Positions 35,748-46,646 of a DNA stretch of 64,000 nt are shown here, piece after piece. This DNA is from Ascoidea asiatica JCM 7603 (taxonomy: Eukaryota > Fungi > Ascomycota): positions 590,003 to 654,002 of the forward strand of contig BCKQ01000003.1 in NCBI GenBank assembly GCA_001600695.1, read 5' to 3'. Position numbers and translations under genes: made by a program. The notes under the pieces are model-generated. The model was not told where the DNA came from. It saw only the letters and a program-made list of their open reading frames with translations, and ran no database searches. How positions within the stretch are numbered: the stretch's first letter is position 1; each line of letters opens with the position of its first letter.

Positions 35748-38336
35748 ATGGGTATTTCTGGATTATTACCATGTTTAAAACCAATTCAAGAAAATACATC
35801 TTTAAGAAAATATTCTGGTAAAACTTTAGCAATTGATGGTTATTCATGGTTACATAAATCAATTTTAACATGTATTTTTGAATTAAGTCAAAATAAACCA
35901 ACTTTAAAATATCTTAATTATTTTATAAAAAAATTAAATTTACTTTATCATTTTAATATAACTCCATATATTGTATTTGATGGAGATTATTTAAATTCAA
36001 AAAAAAAAACTGAAATTAAAAGAGATTTATTAAGATTACAAAATCTTGAAAAAGGTAATTATTATTATAATAATTTAAAAGATTATAAAAATGCAATGAA
36101 TTTTTATCAAAAATCAATTGATATTTCTCCAAATTTTGCAAAAACTATAATTGATTATTTAAAATTGAATAATATTAAATATATTGTTGCTCCATATGAA
36201 GCTGATTCTCAATTAGTTTATCTTGAAAAAAAAAATATTGTTCATGGTATAATTTCTGAAGATTCAGATTTATTAATATTTGGTTGTAAAAAATTATTAA
36301 CAAAATTAAATGATTTTGGTGATTTAATTGAAATAAATTCAGAAAATTTTAATAAAATTTCTTTATTTTCAAATTTGAATTATAATCAATTAATTATTGC
36401 TGTAACTTTATCAGGTTGTGATTATTCAAAAGGTTTAAATAAAATTGGTATAAAAACTTCATTAAAATTAATTCAAAATTATAAACATTTTAATAAATTA
36501 ATTTTATTTTTAAGATTCAATAATAAATATCAAATTCCAAAAGATATAAATTTAGAATTTTTAAAAGTTTTTTATTCTTTTAAATATCAATATATTTTTG
36601 ATCCAATTGAAAAAAAATTAAAAAATTTAAATGATATTTCAAATTTAATTAATAATATGAAAATTGAAAATGATATAATTCATGATGAAAGTATTTTTAA
36701 AGAAGCAATTGGTAATAAATATGATGATGAAAATTTACATTATTTAATTTCAATTGGTGAAATTGATCCAATTTCAAAAAAACCTTTAATTTCAAGAGAA
36801 TTATTATTAGATCCAAATTTTGATATTTCAAAAAAATCAAATCCAATTATAAATAAAAATTATTTATCTCCATTAAATAAAACTGATTGTAAAACTCCTT
36901 CAATTGATAATTTTTTCACTCCAATTTCAAAATCCATAACTAAATCCTTTACTGATATAAAACCTTCTAATAATATTAATCCAAATTTAAATATATCTCG
37001 TCTGAGATCTTTTCAAAATAATTTTAATGTTAAAAGACTTGATGAATATTCAACTCCTTTAAAAAAAAGATTAAGATTATTTAATTTAGAATCTAAAGTC
37101 ATTCCATCAATTAACAATTCAAAGACAACTCCTCCCTCAGTAGAAAATTCATTAGTTAATTCCAATCCACTTAATAATACTAAATTATCAACAAAAAGTA
37201 AATTTTTTGCTTTTAAGAATTCTAATTCAGAAAATATAAGTGAAAAAGTAGATAGTTGTAATGAAAAAGAAAATATTAGTGAAAAGGAAAATGATATAAG
37301 TGATATTGATAATGAAAGTAGTGATATTGATGAAAATAACCTTGATCAAGATGAAGTTGATACTATCAATTATGATAACATAAATCAGGATAATAGTATC
37401 AGTGATATTGATAGAGATATAAGTGATGAAGATAATGATAGAAGTATGAAAGTAAAAGAGCATAAAACAACTAGTTTAATATGTAATTCAAGATTGATGG
37501 AGTCTAATGAATTATCTCAATCGAATATTCTTGTAAACTCAATAGAAAAGGAAAAAGAAAAAGAAACTATAAATATAAATATGAATATTAATAATCATGA
37601 ATCAGTGCCTATCAAGTCTCAGAATTTTCAAGAATTGAAAGAGTCAAAAGAGTCAAAAAAGATTAAGAATTATGAAAATTATGTAAATTATGAAAATTTT
37701 ATTAAAACTAAAGTTTCTAAGAAACTTATAAATTTCAATCAATCAAAAGAAGATAAGTTGCCATTACCTAAAAAAGTTCATACAACTTCTAAGTCAAATA
37801 ATGATTCTCCACAGATATTAGAATCATCGGATATTTGGGATGAAGATGAATTAATTGATAGTGAAGAAGATTTTTATTCTCATGATGAAACTCCTTCAAA
37901 ATGCAATAATTCAAATAAAATAATAAATAATTCCAAATTACCAAGAAGAAATTTAAATGAAACTTGTTTAACACCAAAATTATCAGTTTTCAATATAAGA
38001 GAGAAATTTTCATATAAATCAGAAAATGAAATTAAAGATGAAAAACAAATGATTAAGTTGTTAGAAAAACGAAAACCATTACAAGTATTGATAAATGAAA
38101 ATACAAATCAAAGAATATCAATTTCTAATAGATCTTCAACTAATTTAAGAAAACTTCCAAATAATAATAATAAAAGAACCATAAGTGGAGCATTATCAAT
38201 TTCAATTAATGAAGAACCAATGAAAAAATTCAAAACCGGTTCTAAACTTCCTGAGTCTCGTAAAGCCCAAAGAAATATAAGTGGGGCCTCTAGAGATAAT
38301 TTTTTTCAAAGATTTGCTTATAAAGCGAATTCTTAG
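35748..38336 (+). CDS. EXO1: Exonuclease 1 (XPG/Rad2 family)
   Basis: True start is MGISGLLPCLK at 35748 (the ORF track's TTG extension runs through poly-T leader). AIDGYSWLHK, VFDG, APYEADSQL, SEDSDLL, SGCDY; SIDNFF and SKFF Mlh1-interaction-like motifs. Confidence 0.95.
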   Translation: MGISGLLPCLKPIQENTSLRKYSGKTLAIDGYSWLHKSILTCIFELSQNKPTLKYLNYFIKKLNLLYHFNITPYIVFDGDYLNSKKKTEIKRDLLRLQNLEKGNYYYNNLKDYKNAMNFYQKSIDISPNFAKTIIDYLKLNNIKYIVAPYEADSQLVYLEKKNIVHGIISEDSDLLIFGCKKLLTKLNDFGDLIEINSENFNKISLFSNLNYNQLIIAVTLSGCDYSKGLNKIGIKTSLKLIQNYKHFNKLILFLRFNNKYQIPKDINLEFLKVFYSFKYQYIFDPIEKKLKNLNDISNLINNMKIENDIIHDESIFKEAIGNKYDDENLHYLISIGEIDPISKKPLISRELLLDPNFDISKKSNPIINKNYLSPLNKTDCKTPSIDNFFTPISKSITKSFTDIKPSNNINPNLNISRLRSFQNNFNVKRLDEYSTPLKKRLRLFNLESKVIPSINNSKTTPPSVENSLVNSNPLNNTKLSTKSKFFAFKNSNSENISEKVDSCNEKENISEKENDISDIDNESSDIDENNLDQDEVDTINYDNINQDNSISDIDRDISDEDNDRSMKVKEHKTTSLICNSRLMESNELSQSNILVNSIEKEKEKETININMNINNHESVPIKSQNFQELKESKESKKIKNYENYVNYENFIKTKVSKKLINFNQSKEDKLPLPKKVHTTSKSNNDSPQILESSDIWDEDELIDSEEDFYSHDETPSKCNNSNKIINNSKLPRRNLNETCLTPKLSVFNIREKFSYKSENEIKDEKQMIKLLEKRKPLQVLINENTNQRISISNRSSTNLRKLPNNNNKRTISGALSISINEEPMKKFKTGSKLPESRKAQRNISGASRDNFFQRFAYKANS

Positions 38337-38986
38337 CTGTATTATAATATAACATTATTGCTCTTCAATTCATATCTTCATAGTATTTTAGATTTTTATC
38401 CTCTTTTTTTGTCCTTTTTTTTAGATATTTTTGTTCTATTCTATTTTTTTATCAGATAATCAACGAAACAAACCCAATTAGATATGGTTTAACTTTAGAA
38501 TTTATCAAAAAAGAATTCGCAAAGCTAGAAAACAGGAGGCAAAGTTCCGTTTTTGTAGTATAGACACGGGACTGGATAGTACCAAATAGCACCAGATAGA
38601 CTGCGTTAGCGCATTTATGTTTAGAGAAGTGTACTATTTGCTCAGGTTTGAACGCTGTGCGATATAATGAATGTGAAAAAAAGAATAAAAACAAAACAAA
38701 AGCAGGAAGAAAAGCTTTTTGGGCTCAAGCAGACAAAAAACAAAAAACATCAAAGCACAGGAATTGCCAACGTAGAAAGTGAGTGTTCTGGAATATTGCT
38801 ATCTGATACAAGCTAACACTTTCAATACATTTGATACGTATACTATTCAAAAGAAGTGTAGAATCTAGTAAAATTATGGCAAAAACAAGGTTTCTTTAAA
38901 TAAATACTGGAGATTAAATATTTAAAAGCTAGAAAATACAAATTTCAAACTATTCATAAAATATAATAACTGATACTCCTTTTCTG

Positions 38987-40822
38987 ATGTCTAAAAATCC
39001 TTTATCTATAAATTCATTAATCAACAATGATGATTCAGATATTAATTACAAAGAAATCTCAGAGGATTCAAATGGTTATAGGCAAAAAGAAGAATATCCT
39101 GAAAGAGTTTTAATGAATAATTTCAATAATAAGAATAAGAATAACAATAACAATAAGAGCAATGATAATTATAGTAACTATGATAAAAATGATACTATTG
39201 TCAATAGAAAAAGTTTAAGTCCATTGATATGTGAATGGGATGAATGCTATGAAACTTTTAAAAATTTGGATAGTTTAGTATATCATATAACTGAAAATCA
39301 TCTTCATGCTAAATGTTGTTATTGGAAAGGATGTCAAAGATATGGAGTAAATCAACCAAGTAGATTTGCTTTAATTTCTCATATTAGATCACATACTGGT
39401 GAAAAACCTTTTTTTTGTATAGTACCAGAATGTTGTAGACATTTTACAAGAAGTGATGGTTTAGCTAAACATATAAGAAATGTTCATAATCAAGTGAACT
39501 ATTATGCAATCACCACCAATAATAATAATAGTAATAATAATAATAATATTAATAATAATGATAAAATGAATATAATATCTCGTCGATCTAGCAACGGAAG
39601 TCATAATAGTAATGGTAATGGAACTACCACTGGAAAGCTTTCTGAAGATAATAAAGATTGTAAAGATTCAATTAATAATTCAAATAATGAAATGATGGAA
39701 AATACATTTCCTTGGTGGTTTGAAAATAAAAACTTATTTCCCAATAGAAAACATAAAGTGGATTATAATATTCCTATTGATAATGATAGTACTGAAAGTG
39801 AAGATCAAAATGAACAAAATGAACAAGAAGAAGAAGAAGAAGAAAAACAAGAAGAGAAAATAGAACAAAAACAGGAAAATGGTTCAATACTGGCAAATGA
39901 ATTATCAGAAGATAATATTGAATATCAATTAGATTTATTAAATGATAAAAGATTTCAAAATGTAAGAAATGCAAGAATGAGATATTTAAAATTAATAGAA
40001 TATTTAAATAAAGAAAATTTTAAAAATGATATTGATAAAAGAAATGAATTAATTCATGAAAATTTTTTTAAAAATTCAAATAATGATATAGAAGAGATTG
40101 AAAAAAATTTAAAAAATTTTGAAAAATCAGAAAAACTAAAATTTAATGAATCACTTGAAGGTGAAAAAGAATTATTGAATTCAAATTTTAAAAAAAGAAA
40201 ATTTTTAAATAAAACTAAAAATAAATTTAGTCTGGAAAAGGGTAATGATAAGTTTAGAAATTCAAATAATTATAATATTGTAGATGATATTGAAAATAAT
40301 AATAATAATCATAATAATAATATTAATAATGATAATAATATAAAAAATGAAAATAATAGCTTGAATACTATTGAAAGTAATACATCTACAAAAGTTAATA
40401 GTACTATTAAACCTAGAAAGAAGTATAAAAAAAAGAATGCTAATATTATTGTAAATAAACCTAGTTCATTATATAATTCATTTGAAAGACAAATAATGAA
40501 TGAAATTGCATTGATATGTGAATCAGAAGATTCAGATAATGAAAAAAAAATTATTGAAGATAAAAATAAAGATAAAGATAAAGATAAGGAAAAAGATAAT
40601 ATAGATGAAATTAATAATTTAGAAGAATTGAAAAATTTATATAATAAATTGGAAAGAGAATTAAGTTGGAGTTTAGAAGTTAAAAATTTATTAGAAAAAG
40701 ATTTAATAAAAACAATGAAAGAGAAAAAAGAAATTTGGATTAAAAAGGAAATAATGTTAGATGCAACTTTTAAATTAGATTTAAATCCTAAAATTGAAAA
40801 AAATATAACAAGAGATGATTAA
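38987..40822 (+). CDS. C2H2 zinc-finger protein, S. pombe Iec1-like (INO80-associated)
   Basis: CEWDEC...H, CYWKGC...SRFALISHIRSHTGEKPFFCIVPEC...FTRSDGLAKHIRNVH, plus a C-terminal coiled coil ending KKEIMLDA. Confidence 0.7.
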   Translation: MSKNPLSINSLINNDDSDINYKEISEDSNGYRQKEEYPERVLMNNFNNKNKNNNNNKSNDNYSNYDKNDTIVNRKSLSPLICEWDECYETFKNLDSLVYHITENHLHAKCCYWKGCQRYGVNQPSRFALISHIRSHTGEKPFFCIVPECCRHFTRSDGLAKHIRNVHNQVNYYAITTNNNNSNNNNNINNNDKMNIISRRSSNGSHNSNGNGTTTGKLSEDNKDCKDSINNSNNEMMENTFPWWFENKNLFPNRKHKVDYNIPIDNDSTESEDQNEQNEQEEEEEEKQEEKIEQKQENGSILANELSEDNIEYQLDLLNDKRFQNVRNARMRYLKLIEYLNKENFKNDIDKRNELIHENFFKNSNNDIEEIEKNLKNFEKSEKLKFNESLEGEKELLNSNFKKRKFLNKTKNKFSLEKGNDKFRNSNNYNIVDDIENNNNNHNNNINNDNNIKNENNSLNTIESNTSTKVNSTIKPRKKYKKKNANIIVNKPSSLYNSFERQIMNEIALICESEDSDNEKKIIEDKNKDKDKDKEKDNIDEINNLEELKNLYNKLERELSWSLEVKNLLEKDLIKTMKEKKEIWIKKEIMLDATFKLDLNPKIEKNITRDD

Positions 40823-40989
40823 GTTGTTTTTCTCCCCCCCCTCTTATAAAAATACTGTAATATATAAAAATTGTATAACTTTATTCTTAGATAGATAAAC
40901 TTAGTGTATTTTTAATGTAAAATAATAAGATAAATAAGATAAATAAAATAAGTTAACAAAATGTAATAAGTAAAATTGTAAAAACTTGA

Positions 40990-41403
40990 TCATTCAATTT
41001 TACCTAAAAGACCATTAGTTACTTCAATAATCAAATCATTACATTGATCTAATAATTTATCCTTTTCTTGAATTTTTTCTTTTCGTTTTTTTTCAATTTC
41101 AATTAATTGATTTTGTAATGAATTTATTTTTTTAAATTGATATTCAGATGAAACTCCAGCACCTGGTAAAGATTCAACCAATGTAAAAATTTGTCTAGTT
41201 TTTAAAATTATATCAGTTGATAATTCATTAATTGTAGAATTAAAAATTTTTGGATCAAGTACATTATTTTGTGGATCTGACATTTTTTCTTCATCTTCTG
41301 CAGGTATAAAATCATGATTAGAACTAACATAAAATAAAGAAGCACAAAATTGTTCTAAAAGCTGATCCAAGCATACTTGTAATTGGGTGATTCTATCTGA
41401 CAT
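40990..41403 (-). CDS. SRB7: Mediator subunit Med21
   Basis: MSDRITQLQVCLDQL...ELSTDIILKTRQI...SLPG. Confidence 0.95.
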   Translation of the reverse strand: MSDRITQLQVCLDQLLEQFCASLFYVSSNHDFIPAEDEEKMSDPQNNVLDPKIFNSTINELSTDIILKTRQIFTLVESLPGAGVSSEYQFKKINSLQNQLIEIEKKRKEKIQEKDKLLDQCNDLIIEVTNGLLGKIE

Positions 41404-42508
41404 TCTTCCTTTTCATATAGCTTGTTCAAAGTAGTATTTTCCATATAAATCATGAGTTATATTTATGAATCAATATATATCATTTTGATAATTCCATCAA
41501 TAAAATTCATTATTCTCGATGGTTTTGTTGCTGTTTGTTTTTAAATCTGTTTTTGGTTTTGGAGGCCGGGGGTTTCGCGGCGCTTCTGCGTTCAGGTTAG
41601 CGCGCAGAAGCAAACAGGCGGCGTGACCAATGACCGGAAATCAAATCATGACCGGAATCCCTTTTAGGTAAGTTTAAATATTCATCCGTTAACAATAGCC
41701 AATAAAGAAAATTGTTTGAAATTGAACACTTTGAACCTATTTGAAACAATAATCCTTTTTTATTTTAATGAAAGTTGAAGAATAATTGAAGATCATAATG
41801 GGTTCTACTATGTTGGTGAAGTATTAAAGAATAATGCTATTAATTATCAGGTTAATTAGATATCGACTTAGAGTACTCTTTGAGAAAATCTCAAGAAAAT
41901 CTCAATTTGAATATATCAATTTTTTATAATTATTTGTATGAAGTTTTATTAAGGGTCTTCAAATTAAAGCTAAAAAAAGCCCATTTTTTAAATTAATTTA
42001 TAATATAATAAGTCAAATCTTATAATTGAAACAAATCATGAATAAACAATGCTTATTTATTATAATATTAATTAAATAAAATAAATTTTAATCATTTCAT
42101 TCTTTTTTGATTCATTGTTTTATTATTTATTTTATTTTTCTTTCAAAATCGTATTCAAAAAAAATATTGAGTTGAAGATATGATTTCAGAAAAATTTATT
42201 AGTTGAAATTGAAGTGGTTGAAGTGTTTTTTAAAAAAAAGTTATGATATATAAATGGAGTTATTTCTAGTAATATTTTCTCATTTTTCACTATTAATTAT
42301 AAATTATAAATATTATAAATATTATTATAAATATTATAAGTTACTTACAGAATTATAAGTTTGAATTACAATCATATAATTAACGTATTTATCTTTACTC
42401 AGTCGTTCCTTACAACCAATTTATTTCTCTAAATCCCTTTTAAACTTTAACTTTATTACTATTATTATTATAGTTTCTTTTTTCCCTTAATTTTTTTTTA
42501 AAACAAAA

Positions 42509-43780
42509 ATGAAATTTTCAAAAACTTCTTTATTTTCTTTATTAGCATATGCTAAATATTCTTTATCTCATGGAATTGTGAGTGATTTAAAAGTTGAAGA
42601 TGTTTGGTATAAAGGATCAAGTCCAGGAACTGATCAATATATGACACCAGTTCCAGAAAGAATTGTTTGGTCTTTTTTTCCAGCAAGTAATGGACCTGTA
42701 ACAAATGTTTCATCAACAGATATTGTTTGTAATATGGGAGCAGAAGCTGCGGAATTAGTTGCACCAATTGATGGTGGATCACATATTACATTTTATTGGA
42801 CAACATGGCCAAGTAGTCATGTTGGACCAGTTATAACATATTTAGCAAATTGTAATGGAAATTGTTCAGAAGTTACACCTTCAGATTTATCATGGTTTAA
42901 AATTGATGAAGCAGGTTATGATGAATCAACTTCAACATGGGCAGCAACAGATTTAATTAATAATAATAATTCTTGGACAATTACTATACCATCAAAAATT
43001 ATTTCAGGTAATTATATTATGAGACATGAAATTTTAGCATTACATGGTGCAGGTGAAGAAAATGGTGGACAATTTTATCCAATGTGTACAAATTTAAAAA
43101 TTACAAGTAGTGGTACTGATGAACCTGAAGGTGTTAAATTTCCTGGTGCTTATTCTCCAACTGATCCAGGTATTTTAATTAATATTTATTATCCTGCAAT
43201 TACTAATTATACAATCCCAGGTCCTGCTTTATATTCAGGTAGTATTAAAACAAGTACAGATTCTAGTTTTAATGTAAGTTCAAGTTCTTCAAGTTCTTCA
43301 AGTTCATCTAATTCTACAGAAGATTCAACTTCTTCATCAATTAGTAGTGAGATTGAATCATCAAGTACAACTATTCTTACATCTTCTATTGCTGCATCTA
43401 CTTCAGATGCAATCACAATTGCTTATGATAATTCAACTTCAACAACTGAAGCTACTGAATCATATGGAACAATTGAAAATTCAGATTCTACCTCATACGC
43501 CAGTGTTATAGTATCATCAGTTATAACTTCATATCAAACTGCAACTGCTGCAGATACTACATTACAAACAGTCACACTTGCTACCTCAGCATCTGCTTCA
43601 TCATCAATTATCATTGCAGGATCATCAACAATGAGTATTGCTACTTCTTGTTATTCAAGTTCAGTTGATTATAATACATGTCTTGATGAAGTTAATGTTT
43701 GTATTGCATCATCTCAAAAAGCAGGAGGATATGATGGAAGTTCATGTGAAGCTAAAAGATCTTCTTGTCAAATGTGTTAG
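42509..43780 (+). CDS. Secreted AA9 (GH61) lytic polysaccharide monooxygenase with S/T linker and Cys-rich C-terminal module
   Basis: 20-aa signal then His1 (HGIV, codon at 42569); DIVCN, WPSSHVGPVITYLA, WFKIDEAG, GNYIMRHEILALH, QFYPMC (axial Tyr), FPGAYSPTDPGI, YTIPGP. Confidence 0.95.
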   Translation: MKFSKTSLFSLLAYAKYSLSHGIVSDLKVEDVWYKGSSPGTDQYMTPVPERIVWSFFPASNGPVTNVSSTDIVCNMGAEAAELVAPIDGGSHITFYWTTWPSSHVGPVITYLANCNGNCSEVTPSDLSWFKIDEAGYDESTSTWAATDLINNNNSWTITIPSKIISGNYIMRHEILALHGAGEENGGQFYPMCTNLKITSSGTDEPEGVKFPGAYSPTDPGILINIYYPAITNYTIPGPALYSGSIKTSTDSSFNVSSSSSSSSSSSNSTEDSTSSSISSEIESSSTTILTSSIAASTSDAITIAYDNSTSTTEATESYGTIENSDSTSYASVIVSSVITSYQTATAADTTLQTVTLATSASASSSIIIAGSSTMSIATSCYSSSVDYNTCLDEVNVCIASSQKAGGYDGSSCEAKRSSCQMC

Positions 43781-44100
43781 TTAATTTAATAATTTCTATT
43801 ATTAGTTATCTATATTTTTATGCCTAAATTCATTTCTACGATAATTTTCTGTTATATATTCTTACAATAGACAATAAACAACAAACAATAAACAATAAAT
43901 TTCTCTTTTTTTTAAAAAGATCCAGTAGAAACCACTCCAATAAAAACTAATAATACAAATCCACTCACTAAAAAGTACAAAAATGTTAATGAGGCCTCTT
44001 TTATGGTTTATTACAAATTGAATTTCCAGAATAGAAAATTGTTCCATATGAAATTAGCATTTACTGTATTTTCTTTTTTACACAATTCAACATCTTAACA

Positions 44101-44171
44101 GCGCAAGTGGTTTAGTGGTAAAATTCGACGTTGCCATCGTCGGGCCCCCGGTTCAATTCCGGGCTTGCGCA
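44101..44171 (+). tRNA. tRNA-Gly (GCC), intronless
   Basis: GCGCAAG/CTTGCGC acceptor stem, TGGTTTAGTGG A-box, anticodon arm CGACG-TTGCCAT-CGTCG, GGTTCAATTCC B-box, followed by a T-run terminator. Confidence 0.97.
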
Positions 44172-44575
44172 GTTTTCTTTTTGTTTGCTTATTTTTTTTT
44201 TTTTCATTTTTCAGGTGATGTCGGCATCACGTGTTATTGGTTAATCAGACCCTTTTTATTTCACCATCCTCAGAATTTGAACTGTTACGGCTATCAGCAA
44301 TATTTGTTTAATGTTTGTATTGATTTGTTTAAAATGCTACTGTATTTAGTATTAAATTATTAGATTATCATCATTATTTATTCAACCATTACTTTCACTT
44401 CAAGTTCAAATAACATATTCTAACAATATTCGGTTTATCATTATTCAACTTATTCCTCGATGAAATTCTAAATAAAATAATGTATAAATCATAAATCATA
44501 AATCATAAAGCGTAAAATTCAATTAAAGAATAAATATTTAAAATATTTGAAATATTTGAAATATAAAAAAAAATA

Positions 44576-45667
44576 ATGAATCTTTCTGAAGATAATGAAA
44601 TAATTGATAAAGTTTGGGAAGGAAAATTAAAAATTCAAATAACTTTACCACTTTTAGATTTAAATATTGATAATGAAACTTCTCCAATTTTTTTTCTTTT
44701 AGCAAATAGAAATTCATTTTTTCCATTTTATTTTGAAAAAATTTTTAAATTTTTTTTACCTTTTATAAACTATTCAATTGAAGATGATTATAATTCAAAT
44801 GATAAAGAAAATGAATTAATTTCAAAAGATTCAAAAGATTCAAAAGATTCAAAAGATTCAAAAGATTCAAAAGATTCAATAGATTCAAAAACTTCAATAA
44901 ATACTTCAAGTCAAAGTAAAAAACATTCAAATTCAATTGAATTAAATAATCCATTATATAAAAATTTATGGTTAGAATTTGAAGATATTCCAATTAAATG
45001 GAATTATCCAATTGGTTTACTTTATGATTATTTAGTTGGATTAAATTTAAACTCAAATTCAAAATACACCAATGAAAATCCATTAAATTCTTGGAATTTA
45101 AAAGTTCATTTCAATAATTATCCAAATAATTTTTTAATTCCAATAATTAATTCAAATTTCATGGAATCTTTTTGGTTAAATCAAATTAAAGAATCTTGTT
45201 TTATTTCAAATTCTTCTTCAAAACCATTAATGTCATTATCAAAAAAAGATTCTAAAAAACTTTGGAATTCAGTTAAATTTCATAATTCTTTAGAATTTAA
45301 AAATATTTTTTATAAAAATTTATTACCAAATAATTCAAATAATTTAAAACATATACCATTAAAATTATATTTACCATATTCTTCTTCAAATTTTATTTTA
45401 CAAGAACTTATAACTCCATATAATTTAAAAAATAAAAAATTAGTATCAATTTTTGATACTTTAAATTTAATATTACCTGATTTATTTCCAAAAAAGAAAA
45501 GTAATGAAAATAATGATAATGATAACCAATCAAATATATATTCTAATGCTTTACCTTTAATTCATGGTATTATAATACCTTCTGATTTTCCAATTTGTGA
45601 ATTATATTATTTAATGACTTATCTAGATGGTTTCTTACATATTTGTATTATACTAAATAAAAAATAA
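44576..45667 (+). CDS. ATG5: Autophagy protein Atg5
   Basis: VWEGKL, WLEFEDIPIKWNYPIGLLYD, NQIKESCFI (conjugation Lys), HIPLKLY, LDGFLHI. Confidence 0.93.
   Translation: MNLSEDNEIIDKVWEGKLKIQITLPLLDLNIDNETSPIFFLLANRNSFFPFYFEKIFKFFLPFINYSIEDDYNSNDKENELISKDSKDSKDSKDSKDSKDSIDSKTSINTSSQSKKHSNSIELNNPLYKNLWLEFEDIPIKWNYPIGLLYDYLVGLNLNSNSKYTNENPLNSWNLKVHFNNYPNNFLIPIINSNFMESFWLNQIKESCFISNSSSKPLMSLSKKDSKKLWNSVKFHNSLEFKNIFYKNLLPNNSNNLKHIPLKLYLPYSSSNFILQELITPYNLKNKKLVSIFDTLNLILPDLFPKKKSNENNDNDNQSNIYSNALPLIHGIIIPSDFPICELYYLMTYLDGFLHICIILNKK
44822..44884 (+). repeat. 9-bp coding minisatellite (TCAAAAGAT)x6 plus one variant, encoding SKD repeats in Atg5
   Basis: Read directly from the sequence. Confidence 0.9.
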
Positions 45668-45713
45668 ATAATTAAATAATTAATCGGGTGTATATTTTGT
45701 AATGTTATTTTTT

Positions 45714-46646
45714 TTAATTGGCTTGAAATACTGCTTGAAGCCAAACTCTATACATCTTTAATTTTCTTTTTCTATTTACAATTAATCTTCTATCTGTTGC
45801 TATTTTTTCTTCAATAAATCCACCTTCTTTAACAAAAATATCTCTTAATTCATCTTCTGTGAAAAAATAAACTCTTGTTCCATCTCCTCTTAAATAAAAA
45901 TTTTCTTCAAGATATCTATTAGATTTTGCACGAACTTGAGCTAAATCATATCTACCATAATCTCTAAATAAAATTTTACCTTTTGGTTTTAATAATTTTT
46001 TTAAATTTTTAATTGCAAATGACCATTCATTTGGTGATAATGCACTAAATACAAATATCATTATAATAATATCAATTGAATTTTCTTTTATAGTTTCTGG
46101 TATTCCTTCTGAACTTGATAAATCCCATTGTAATGCTGTGGAATATTTTTCATTAAAATCTTCATGTTCTTTAATTAATTTAACTGCATTTTTACTATAA
46201 TCAACACCAAAAATATGAAATTTTGAATTTTTATTTTGTCTTAATATTGGAAAAAGTGTATTTCCAGCTCCACAACCAACTTCTAAAATTTTAACTTCTT
46301 CATTACAATCTTCTTTAGTTTTTTCATATATTTGAGGAAATTCAATTTCTAACCATCTTCTATCTTTGAAAAAATTTGTTTGATTATTTCTATAAAATAT
46401 ATCCCAAAATTTTGCTGGAGTTTGATTTATTACTCTTTTTTGAAATTCATCAACTGGATGTTCTTTTTGTTTCTGTATTTTAATTTCAGCTTCTTTAACT
46501 TCTTCTTCTCCCCATTCAACATGATCCCAGGCATTATGATCCCAGACTGAATCTTCATCGACTAAAATCCTTTGACCAAATGTAAATGGAGTTTCTTCAG
46601 TTCTTCCAGTTTTTTCAACTATCTGAGGTTCTTCTGTAGTTGCCAT
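45714..46646 (-). CDS. TRM140: tRNA m3C32 methyltransferase (Trm140/METTL2), compact form
   Basis: FGQRIL...HNAWDHVEW, FFKDRRWL, LEVGCGAGN, FRDYGRYDLAQ, RGDGTRVYFF, MYRVWLQ. Confidence 0.93.
   Translation of the reverse strand: MATTEEPQIVEKTGRTEETPFTFGQRILVDEDSVWDHNAWDHVEWGEEEVKEAEIKIQKQKEHPVDEFQKRVINQTPAKFWDIFYRNNQTNFFKDRRWLEIEFPQIYEKTKEDCNEEVKILEVGCGAGNTLFPILRQNKNSKFHIFGVDYSKNAVKLIKEHEDFNEKYSTALQWDLSSSEGIPETIKENSIDIIIMIFVFSALSPNEWSFAIKNLKKLLKPKGKILFRDYGRYDLAQVRAKSNRYLEENFYLRGDGTRVYFFTEDELRDIFVKEGGFIEEKIATDRRLIVNRKRKLKMYRVWLQAVFQAN

Noticed and set aside
44115-44363. 82-aa ORF
   Set aside because: Overlaps the tRNA-Gly gene and its terminator.
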